This document shows positions 25,716-38,400 of a stretch of DNA of 64,000 nt, piece by piece. The stretch comes from Phoronis australis. Taxonomy: Eukaryota > Animalia > Phoronida. Under the pieces are notes generated by a model that saw only the letters and a program-made list of their open reading frames with translations, was not told the DNA's origin and ran no database searches. The position numbers were made by a program, and so were the translations under genes. The stretch's first letter is position 1. Each line of letters opens with the position of its first letter. The stretch lies in contig NMRA01000018.1 in the NCBI GenBank assembly GCA_002633005.1, positions 1,499,531 through 1,563,530 on the forward strand, given 5' to 3'.

Positions 25716-28700
25716 TGTTTGAATCAATAGATGCAACAATACACCGACACTTTTTACTTAAGCATAAATGCCAGTGTTGACATTTCTAGGCACTAATTGG
25801 ATTGATCATGCTGACAGGTGATAGTTCTGCTGATAGAACGAATTATCGTGAATTATTGAATACACCAGTCTACCTTGACAGGTACAAGTTTTGTACCCTG
25901 TCATCATGTATAGTAAATATGATCATTTGAATTGCACTCTCCTGTTAGACGTCTGCCAGTCTTTCATGTGGATTGAAATGCATAAATTTCCTGTTGTTTG
26001 ATTATAGTGAGTTGTTCTCTTAAAAGTCACCTATGCTGTTATACAATTATTGACTTTCACACTCAGTCGATATGTTGGTTTTCTGACCCCAGATATGTGA
26101 TGACAAAGACTAATCAGAGGTCATTGTAACATTTTTGGATTATGATAACCAACATCTTTACCGAATGTGAAAATCAATTGTTATTTTGCATATACAGTAA
26201 CATCCACTGAGTAACTCATGGACGGAAGGAGATTATGTTTGGGGTTTCAGTTGTATGTCAATCACTCAGCTATCTTTTTTCCAAAACGTGGAGATTTTGC
26301 AAATACTGTTACGAGATGCGCAGAATGGACAAAGGAACAATCGATTATATTATAAGATTGTAAACTGCATGTCAGCATACTCGTCATGCACGAAATAAAG
26401 TACATTCAAAAGTAAAAGTCGGTGAACATTTTAGCCATTTTAAACACCTTTTGTGCAATAGCGTGATGGAGGTAACTGCAATGCCTTGATGGAGTTTGCA
26501 TTCACCGAGTGGTGTGTATTTTAATGAGACACCAGGACCCGAATGTAATGAAGAGGCTTCAGAGTCAGTGTTATGCTGGTGGTGCTGTGGTAACAAGAAA
26601 ATGACTAGATTAAGTCACAGTGAGGTTTCCGTTATTTCATAAAAACTTGTTAAATGGTCTTGAAACAGCCTTACCATAACAAGTCAGTAGGAAGACATGA
26701 GCGGCCAATATGGAGAAACTTTAAACGCTGGTGAGTTTAAAATGTATTTCTAAATCATAATTTCGACATAGTATTGAGAATTGGCATTGCAGGTATCATG
26801 GTCGTTTTCTTCACAATGTGCTACCTGTTAATTTATTTGTATAGTCGTTATGAAAAAATAAATAAATTGTTTAATAGTCTGAAATTGGGTATATCATCTA
26901 TAGTTTTCTGAGTTCAGTCAATATTTGTACATTTGGCGGCAAAAAAATCTAAGTCTTTAGTCACGTTACAGTTGAAGTACACATTTGTTTTCTATAAAAA
27001 TTTATTAATGAGTAAAACATGAATTTATACACTCAGAGTTTACAAATTACCAACCACGCGTTCACTCGCTTTACTAGTATACCCATAACAGCCATCACTG
27101 GTGGGGAAAAAAGTCGCACCATCTAAGTTCCTTTAAATCTAGCCTTTTGTGAAATAAGCGCGTGACCATTGTGCGATTTCTCTACGCTGCATTCATTGAA
27201 ATGGCTCACAATGGACATAAAAAAATGTACACAAGTGAACTTTAGCAGCACATTAGCAACAGTTCACAGAAACCGCAGTTGTCAATAACATTGCCAGGAC
27301 CATACATTCTAGAGCTCACCAGCAACACGGAGAGATTGGTACGCAGATAAATAAACTTATTTTCATGATTTTTATACAGTCGCAAAACGGTAAATCAGAT
27401 GCATCACCTATTTTGTTCTTACTACCTACAATTACCATCTTATTTTAACTGACGTTAACTCAAAATAATGCAGTCTCTCTGAAGGACCAAGATGCACACC
27501 AGTAAATTTGGCAGTAAGACTCTTTTGAAAATCCCCGTATCATTTTATTACACTTGTTAACCATTTTTTCTAAAGCAAAAACGTATGTACATGATGTATG
27601 TATGTATTACCCAAGGTAATTAACGAAGCTACGATGAAACACAAACTACAAAATTAATCGTCCAGAACTGACGTAAAGCCTCTCCATCATTGCAGTGACG
27701 TACTTTGCAGTCAAACCGTTTGTCAACAATATGACGGGGGGGTAATTCTCCACTTATTGCGCACAAAATTTGTCACTGTTCAAAGGCCGATTACGTTACA
27801 GCAAACCACGGAAAAATTTACTTAAGACTTGTTTTATGATACTTTATACAGAGTACAAGCCATGCTAATAATAGATTAAATTTTTTTAATCTTTGTCTTT
27901 GTGGAGAATTTTGACAAAATAGAATTTCACTTGTCGGCCATATTACGTGCTAAACAAGTGGAGAATTGCCACAATAGAATTTTGCAATTGCCTTAACTTG
28001 GGATATTTTGTATTAAAACGAGCACCTAATCAATGTGGAAGTTATAATCAACACTAATACTTTCTCAGAAGAGTTGGGCAATCCAAACAATGGTTCTTTA
28101 GTGGATATAGCTGCACTAACTTATAAACTTGATTTAGCCAACAAGCTAATCCATCATGGCTTTACAATCTTACAATCCCACAAAACATGGATATGTAAAT
28201 CTCCAGGGCTCCTCTACAAAAAGTACAAAGATCACTATCAGTTACGCCATTTTTTTCTCAAAAAAACACTAGGATCGATAAGCTTATAAAGCAATATGAA
28301 TTGAAACCATGTCGTTTGAGTATCTGCATAATGTCTAACAAAGTTATCAAATCTTTCCACTTTGCATTCTCATCACTGCTTGTTATCTATCTGTTAGTTC
28401 TACTACCTACTCCAAATAAAAACAAAACCTAAAATAACACGAGATTTTCACAAAAGAGGTAATGTTCAGTCATGCAGTCGAAATCCAACCACTGACATTT
28501 TACAATGAGGCTTGTAATTCGCTTCACTACACACACAATACAAACTCATATTTTTACAGAAAACAAATACAATGACATTTTGCAATACCAAGGATCCATA
28601 ACATCCATGATCAGACTGCGGTAAGCATGTTTTGTGGTATGCACGGTTTCCATGGTTCCCATTCATATTATGATTTCATTTCCTATGACTCTTCCATACA

Positions 28701-29171
28701 GTTATTTTTCATACAAAAAGTTGATAGTAACTCTTAATGACTGACGAGCACAATTGAAAGCACGACCTCGCAAAATGATATTCAAATGAGTTATTATTTG
28801 ACTCGTAAAAATTTAAGGTTTTTCTACAAAGTTATCAAGAAGAGTGGGCAGAATTGGTATGGAAATTCAACATCCAATTGATATACGCAGCAATAAAATA
28901 TTATTTACATCATTAAAGTTTCTGCAAAAAAGCAATGAAACAACCGTCAACACCCTTGTTTTTAAATCCATACAGGGCTGAGAAAACGCAATTACTTTCA
29001 CAGGTCACGGTAGTGCGACAACTTTGGGGAACAATATGCAGGAAATCGCTACCATAACTGTGAAACACAGGGTAAAAACTGCTGCGAACAGGGAAACACA
29101 AACACGCTTTCATCAGTATACCCATATTAGCACACTCTTCATCACAGTCGCCCTTCACAACCCAGATCCTC

Positions 29172-29461
29172 TCACACCCTGTACTTCTTACTGATCCTCT
29201 CGGAGAAGCGTGGCGTGACCGGCTGTGTCAGTGGCCGGTCACTCGGCTCCACCTCTACGCCCTTGTAGTGTCTGATAGGATTTGGCTTGTGCACCAGCTC
29301 TTGCCGGAGTCGCGCCACCTCCGCCTGTTCCTCTCGCTCTCTCTCTTCCAGTCTCTGCTTGGCCACTAGGTCACGCTTAAACTCCTCCTCCTGCCGGTGT
29401 TTTTCGAAATCCTCGCGTTCCTTTGACCGCTGGTCGGTGTTCAGCTGGAATTCGCTGACTT
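29172..29461 (-). CDS. TPX2: TPX2 terminal coding exon (TPX2 C-terminal domain)
   Basis: ttttgcag acceptor, reads EVSEFQLNTDQRSKEREDFE...LRQELVHKPNPIRHYK...TPRFSERISKKYRV followed by a stop. Confidence 0.94.
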
Positions 29462-32400
29462 CTGCAAAACACATTGGTGAAACGTACAGCACGACTGTGA
29501 CCACCTTCGTTATTTTTTTAGTTTCACATAGTTCTGTTTAAATACTAATCCCTTTTTATGATTTCTGCATGGTTTCCATGCACAGCGTGCTCTAATGCTG
29601 CGCGAGTTTTTAGGATATTACGATTTAGCTTTTACCAGTGCTGTAGTGGTAAAATTAGAGATAAGTAGGCACACAAAGCCCACAGTATCACCTTGAGCAC
29701 TGACTGTAACTTACGGTGTGTAGGCACTACGTTCAAATGCCAAAAGGTGGTTGGCTGCATCTACGTGCGCCTACGTCCCACTGCAGCATTCATTGGCTTT
29801 TACACGATTTATCTTAATTAACAAAAATACTGCTTTTAACAGTTTCCCAGTTTTCCATGACTAGTTTGAAACAGCAGTCTGGCGCCATAACACCCTACAG
29901 TACAAGCCAAAGAAATTCAGACAAAATGGCCTGTAATTCCCAGTCATGACAGCTAGGAGGAAGCTGAATTCATTGTCAGAGTAGTCTCCCCTGATGACTA
30001 AGAATGAAGGGGAGTTAACATGAAAGTTAGTATGGAGACTAAGTCATTCTGTTATTAGAACTGTGCACCCATAACAGTTATTATCAGTCACTCTATTGAT
30101 AACACAATTAGCCGTCATGATGGGGAAACAGTATTTTGTCTCGTTACTTTTGTCTTGTACTCAACGTCATCGTCATCCTTTGCACTGACATACAACACAG
30201 TGACGAACAAACTGACAAAGGAAAGCACTTTGACAGCAAATTCCTTCTCGTATTTGAATTAAATGGTCCACAAAATTGAATTCAAAAGAGCAATGTTCAC
30301 ATCTATGTTACCCAAGCTTACGAAGAACTCCAATCACTGCTCTATCTTTTGTGTTCAAAATGTGCAAAAGTTTGCACAGCTGCATAAGCAATGGGTTGAT
30401 GGTTGTCCCGATAAAATCAGCATTACAGTATGGGGGGAGGCACTATGTACAATAAATCCACACTTCGCTACAGTCTATGTTGCAACTCGCAACTCTGCAC
30501 CACTCATACTGATTGCGAACTGAGCAGCACAACCAACAAATATGAGCCCAACTAGAGTTCTTATATATCTTAATCATATACCCCGTAATGCGTACAGCTC
30601 CAGTTTATGAATAGGGCAGGTTGAAATAATTTCGTCAAGATCAGAATAACTAAGCATCAATATTTTGAATTATTCAGTATCATTAGTCCAAACAGCGTGT
30701 CCCTGATCACNACACTTCGCTACAGTCTATGTTGCAACTCGCAACTCTGCACCACTCATACTGATTGCGAACTGAGTAGCACAACCAACAAATATGAGCC
30801 CAACTAGAGTTCTTATATATCTTAATCATATACCCCGTAATGCGTACAGCTCCAGTTTATGAATAGGGCAGGTTGAAATAATTTCGTCAAGATCAGAATA
30901 ACTAAGCATCAATATTTTGAATTATTCAGTATCATTAGTCCAAACAGCGTGTCCCTGATCACATTTATGCTACCATTAACACTCTATCTTAAAAATAATT
31001 CCGCCTTCTGTGTCACCAAAAGTGCTCTCATTTGCATAACAGATTTGCAGATTTTTCAGAAAATTTTCAATTTTACTGGCACTAAATTACACTTAAAAGC
31101 AGCCTCTTGATAACACTAAGCATATAACAGGAACCGACACAAGTTGAAAAACCCGCAAATACGATCATCAGCAGCTGGTTAGACCTATCAACGTATCTTC
31201 AACATGCGTCCCCCTTGTTGTTACACTGAGGCTAAGCGGATGTCGACCTAATTCGTCTTCCAAAACCCAGCAAATCATGGTTCCCCTTTATCTTGACTAG
31301 TATTTGTGTGAGTTGGCATGGAGTTCCTGCTACAACAACATAGTGATTATAAAAATAGTCAGTATGGCCACATATGAGAAAAGCTTTGCACAACTTGCTG
31401 TTCCCCATCAATGATCCCTCCTGCACGAAAGTTGGACATTTCTCAGAATAAAATCGTCAAAAACAGTTACTATGCAGTTCCACCTCTTTAAAATAAAACA
31501 ATCTCAATGTCATGCTTGGCCACTTTGATAATACTGCATTGTTTGTTGGACATAGCTGTAATGAGCACTCCACCAATCACTGAAGTAGTTTCTCACACTT
31601 CGGGTCAGATGGTAGTCAATATTGATAGAAGTGGCCTCATGATTTTCGTTCGAACAAAAACGAAAGGCGACTGACAACCCGAGGTCTGCTGCTATGCCAT
31701 CTCAGTTATTTTTTATTCGAATTTATTAAGTGAACGGAATCATTAAGCAAAGTTCCATTTAGTTACAGAAAAAGGGTCACCTAACTTATTTTGATCGCAT
31801 ACCTTTTGCAGTCAATTCGTAGCTGCTTGTTATGAACATGCATGTTTCGATATGGTACACAAGTCTTCCCCTCCCATACAGAGTTTACTGGAACAGCTTT
31901 TGGTGAAATTTGGCATTGCCAAGCACTCATTATTAGTTCATACAAACAGGTTGCACACTCACCAGTGAGAGGCTTTTGAGACTTTTGAGGTACAAATGGC
32001 TGCTCATAGGTCACCTTGCACGGTTTAGCCTTGAAGTTCAACTGGCTCTTTTGTTGTCGGAGCTCTTCTTCAATCTATGGAATGAGTACAAATAATGACA
32101 CCTCCAGCATTTACAAAGAGTACATAAAACCGTTAAACACAAGTTTGCCCTTAACACTGCAAGTGCATTTTGCCATTTAGAAGTACTTTAATTTTATTCT
32201 CCATTAACACTAACGTCAATCTGTATGAGGAAATAGTGTGGCCGCAGAGAAGACGGTGGCAGCAATAGGTAGTCAAGCCAAAAGATTTAACACACAACCA
32301 TGCCATTTTATATTAAGTCTTTTAATGACAAATCGACTAAATACCATATTAATTGAAAAACATCATGAGATAATTCTAAAAAACCTGCAAATGTGATTCT

Positions 32401-35400
32401 GGCACTTTATAGATGCCAAGGTAGTCACATCCTTAGATCTGCAATGGTCGTGCTCACCACCTCATCGGTTTCAATATCACTACCAATATAAACAAGGTGA
32501 CTGCTTACCAAGGCTAGATTGACAAACAGTGGCAGTGTCATGTCAAACACGGCAAAACACACAATGAAGTGCGCCCGAGTGCCCAAACACAACATGTACC
32601 ACCGGATGGCAGGAGTAATTAATCAACCATCATCACCATCTCCTTTCTCCACAAACCAAACAACGTTCATACAAGCAACGTTTTCAACAGCTTGACATAC
32701 ACCCGTGTGGCTCATGAGAAGAAACATGTTTGTGAAAAGGATCTCGGTGCATGAGAAAAGAATTGAAATCTCCATTGTGTTCATGAAAAATGAGGGTCTG
32801 TGAGGCTCACGAAGAAGGACTGGCTACCCTGTTTCTCAAAGCTACCATGCATGACTCTCCACTCCTCAGACAGAGCTAGAAGTGACGGCTTGTATGTAAG
32901 CAGTCAATTTGACAGAGTGAATGCTCCAGCACTGGTTTAGCTGCACGAGTCTGTTTATATCAAGTTCCACATTATCAAATTGTAAATGGAAAACTTTTGC
33001 TCAAGTGTAGCATGCATTTTTAATCAAGATGTTGTGGTATCAAGATTGATTGGTTTCAATTGATTTTCAAAATTTGACAGCTTTTTATTTCATACAAAAA
33101 GGAACAAATAATTAATTGCTCACAATGTTTTACTTGTGAAGAGAGTCGAACTTTATCATTACAGAGCTACCGTAGCAACGATTTTCGAATGACTAAGCAT
33201 ACATGCCATCAGCACACAAGTTCGATGAGGTGACAATTTCTGTGTAGACTTGTGCATGTAATCAGTAGGGTGGGGTCTGCTTTGAGCGACGAATAAAGTG
33301 GATACCGGCTAAGGATGCCAATGGACATTTAACTGGAACTGCAGAAAATTTACTGACATATGAAGACTGATTAGTCAAGAGAGATAGCTAATTGAATCTT
33401 TTATGGTAGTGGAAAAAATGACATGCTTTCTATTCAAGCCACACACATGTATATGTAATCCATGACAGGACTCACCTGTTTACTCCACTTCTCAGCCTTG
33501 ATTAGTCCCCTCTGCTTCACGTTCAAGTTGGGTGTCTCGGGAACGGTAGGCGCAATATGCTTCTTGGGCGGCAAGGGAGCGGGTGTGGCCGGTAGGGGCT
33601 GAGCGTGGAACTCGGCAGCCTATGATGAGAAAAGATGAAGTTGAATCCTCCCAGGGACAAAAGGCAAACACCAAATGTTAATTGCCAGCACTCGCTACCA
33701 ACGTGATAAACCACTGTTTTCATCAACATGCGTTATGCCTGGTAAAATTAACCAATTAAAGATTTAACTAAGAGCTAAATGAGTGAAGTAGCACCAAGTG
33801 TCTGATGAAAACACGAAGACAAATTGTAGTTTGGCTTCAGGATGACATTTTATAAAGGTCATTCCTGAGTCAACAGTCTCAGTGGTATGAAACATTGTCA
33901 AATAGCACACATACTCATTAGGCAGTTATAAGTGATAAATTATGCAAGCATACTTGATTGAGTCTATGTTTAATAAGGTAGCACCCAAGCATGTAAGACA
34001 ATCTTACTTTACAGATACTTATGTCTCACTGGACAAGCAATGGTGTTTGAAGCCTTACTTCCTAGCCTGGGCTGAAATTGATGCCTTATCATGAAGTGAC
34101 ATCAAACTCATCACCTCAGGTATGTAAATACAGGACTTTCAGAGTTTAACTTTGGTTGAGAAAATCACGTGTCTTAGATACGCACACAAAAATGTGACCT
34201 TCAAGTAAAATGCAAGAACCGAAATCAACAAAAAAACCCAACAAAATGCAGTTAGGGATAAAAGCTTGTTTTTCTTGTTATAATACAAGCAGTGGAAGGC
34301 AGTGGGAAGAACTTCTAATTTAGCGCCCCTGACGTGCTTACTGTAAAAGTTGCAGCTATCGCAATAAAACTGCGCCCCTGCTGCAAAAGAGTTCACACCT
34401 GAACCCTGTATTCCACCGTACACTCATTCACCTCACCTTCTTGTCATCCTCCAGTATTTTGCTTATCTTTTCCTCCTTCTGGGCCTGCATTTTCTTGTCG
34501 CGCTCCTCAAAATTGAACGGCTGCGGCACGGTGGCCTTGTGGTTCAACTTGGGCTGAAAGGGGATCCCCATGTGGGGTACGGGACGTGCTCTAACAATCT
34601 TCTGATCATCCTGGCAAGAGAAAAGAAACTATACAATTGGTGGCACAAATTAGTGTTCATCAGGAATGCTTTTAAGAACTTCGACAGCCTCAAAATCTGC
34701 AAGCCAATCAGGAATTAAAACAACAGATAGATGNATCAAATCCGATTTTTTTTTATGCGGAAATATAATAAAATGCGCGGACAGAACATTTGAAAAAAGC
34801 CGAAATCCGCGTTTCCACGGAAAATTCCAAGCCCTGTGAAATTGATGCCTTATCATGAAGTGACACCAAACTCATCACCTCAGGTATGTAGATACAGGTC
34901 ATTCAGAGTTAAACTTTGGTTGAGAAAATCACGTGTCTTAGATACACAAAAATGTGACTTTCAAGTAAAATGTAAGAACCGAAATTGCCAAAAAAAAAAA
35001 AACAACAAAATGCAGTTGGGGATAAAAGCTTGTTTTTCTTGTTACAATACAAGCAGTGGAAGGCAGTGGGAAGAACTAATTTAGCCCCCCCTGAACGGTG
35101 TGTGTGCTTACTGTAAAAGTTGCATCTATCGCAATAAAACTGCGCCCCTGCTGCAAAAGAGTTCACACCTGAACCCTGTACTCCACCGGACACTCATTCA
35201 CCTCACCTTCTTGTCATCCTCCAGTATTTTGCTGATCTTTTCCTCCTTCTGGGCCTGCGTTTTCTTGTCGCGCTCCTCAAAATTGAACGGCTGCGGCACG
35301 GTGGCCTTGTGGTTCAACTTGGGCTGAAAGGGGATCCCCATGTGGGGTACGGGACGTGCTCTAACAATCTTCTGGTCATCCTGGCAAGAGAAAAGAAACT

Positions 35401-38400
35401 ATACAATTGGTGGCACAAATTAGTGTTCATCAGGAATGCTTTTAAGAACTTCGACAGCATCAAAATCTGCAAGCCAATCAGGAATTAAAACAACAAATAG
35501 ATGACCACATACACACAAACATCTAGTACAAACTTATTGGAAGAAATTGTTACCCCAATACAAAAGGTAATGACCCACCACGATGAGTCATTCCAGTTAC
35601 ATTGACGGTGCTGTCAGTCAGTCGTTATGGGCAATTTCACTCGCGTCCAGTCAAAATGATGGGGCATTGTTGGTCGATTTTTCAGATTATTTTTAGCTTC
35701 TATTGTAATGTATGAAATAATGGACGAAATATGACACTGGTGAACCTCAAAATTATATAAACCCATAACAAAGTTTGACATACCGGTATTTCAACAAGGT
35801 CTAACACCAAATGTGCATTCTGAGTTTTTCAGAGGCCTAATCCCGTGAACATTCAAACTTGACTTAAGGTTTATAAACCAAATCTCCTAAAAGGTTTGAT
35901 TGATAAAGTAAAACTTTCCTGAAATTACCGTTTGTAGGTTGAACAGTTAAGCATGTCACATAATTGTAATTCAGGCTGCTTTTTTGGGATCATCCTCACC
36001 AGTCACAACAAAAATCAATTTTTAGGTGAAAGCAGCATTTCGTCCTTTATAGCAGGCTAAAACCCGAATCAGGCCTTTCACTGTCCTGAAACTGGTCTCC
36101 TAATATTCCTTATGTAATAACATTCTATTTTTGTTACCAACTCACGTCGCAACAATGCACAAATTCTCCATTTCCAAATTCACAATTTTAGGGTTGGCCA
36201 ATCCCAATAAACTCTGAAGCAATGTCTTGAACTGATGGTTTCAATATTGTTGTTGGTGATAAAAATAGAATCCCATTATGGCAAGGATTGCTATGAGAAC
36301 ACTTTTTTGAAGAGCAAGAAGTCTAATTCAATTCTTGTTTTTCAGTTAGCCAAACAGGGCAAAATGCGGCTTTAAGTGTTTTCCTTTCACCAACCCCACA
36401 TATGGTCATCAACAACGTACCTGGAAACAGTGAGCGCGAGGACCACTTGTATCGATCTTAAAATAACAACACACACACCACTTAGCTACAGACAAAAGTA
36501 CACACTGAAGTTGCTGCTGCTGGCTGACTCAACGACACATTTACACGTGTCATTAAAGTGACCGAGTGGAGAATGCAATACTCATTTCACTGTACAAGCA
36601 CACACTATAAAGCTAACAACAACTTGGCAAATAACAGGCTCAAAGGGTACAATCTCTGCACTTTAAAATTGACCAATCATATGGCACGCTTTGACTTACA
36701 AATATGTACTCAAATAAAGCGACATGATTGGTTAAGTTCCAAATTTGAGTTCCATGATTACATCCTGGACCCAGTTGTAGAGAATGTTTTAACAAGTAAA
36801 GGTGGTTTTGACTGAATAGCAGAAACCAGAAATCAGAGACTAGACTAGAGACAGGCATGATACTAGGCAAAATAATACAGGGGTTTCCTGCCATTAATGA
36901 GAATACCATATCATTGCATTGCAGCCGCTTTAAATCCACCTTTTAGTGCCAACAGAAATCTTTAATTTGAACCACTTGGTGCTATATGATTGGTGTCAAA
37001 TTGTTTCTTGCACAGATTATAAGTGGTTGCCTGGCTTAGAATGTGCTGACAGTTCATTATACCCAAGACCAGAGTTAAAAAGTTGGCTTGATCTGGCTGG
37101 TTGTTTTATGATCTCAAAACAATAATGAACCATCAGCTTCTTACTAAACCCAGAAATGACTTCTAACCTCACTCACTAAGGAACAAGGTGATACCGGTTT
37201 TACAACAATGACTGGTCTAAATCAAAATTCTTTTGACAGAGGACAGGTTTCTTTAAGCACTAACTGAGTGTATAGACAGACTAGCAAGACAATCTACTAC
37301 ACATTTGTCCCTATGCATTAGCACTAAGTACTATCATACTGAACCCATTAATGTCTTCAAACATTAGCTCCATCAAAGGAAAGTAAAAAAGCACATCTTA
37401 CAGTTGAATGAAAACCAGAAAATGTGCATGCCTACACTGTGAATTAAGCTACAGCAAATTGACGTGAATGGTACACTACAGCACCATCTAAAACATATTG
37501 CACATACACAGATGAACCTGATTTGAAATTGTAATATCCTTATTCTTAAAAGGTACATCTCCTGTGTATGCCAAATATGTTTTTGGATAGTTTCTCATAA
37601 GTCCACCAATTCAGACTTAGTGATGAAGCCTGTGTCATCAAAACGAAGAGATAATACAATATCTAACCAGTTACGACATTTGAACTCTACTGTACTCGGA
37701 CAAAACAGGATTTACCTCCCATCATCTTACATTATCTCAAATTTAATGAGAAGTATGATCGAGACTGATGGTTTAGATACCTGAGCATGAGACTGGTCAT
37801 CCACAGGCTGGGAGTGGGCTTTGTCTCTTAGTCGTCTGTCTGTCTCAAACTGAACGTCGACCGGTTCCGTCACCGGCTTCGGCTCGACTTTCTTCACACC
37901 CAGATTGGGGTTGGAGAATATGCGTTCGTCGAGTTTATTTGCTTTGAACTTATACCTAAAATAGAGAAAACAAACCACAGTAAGCCGAAGAATGAAATGA
38001 TTTTCAAAATAAAGTTCCTCAAATGTCACAGTCACCAGTGTCATTTTTCCAGACTTTTGTTTCTTGGTTACAGCCAAAAGACCAAAATTTACTTTTGAAT
38101 AAATAATTATTAGCCTAAGGAGAGTGAAAGTCAGAGGTTGGAAAACTTCAGATTCTATCCACCGACTAACATGTCTTGTTCAGACCTACGTACAACCAAA
38201 ACTGCATTGGACACCAGATTTGGAGCTTTTCAGTATGTTTGCAGATTTTTGTGAATAGACCAAGCATCAAAAATTCAAACTTTTTACATGTTAGTGTAGT
38301 AAAACTGTGTTTTATAGGTACGTTTTCCAGTTACTTACATTTGAAACACGTAGTGATTTGACCAGCAATTCTTAGAATTCTCTAAAGTGTTTAATTGGTG

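Noticed and set aside
30460-30962. Real tandem duplications at 30711, 59709/59775 and 60618
   Set aside because: Each is centred on a single N with near-identical flanks, typical of unmerged contig or haplotype overlaps.
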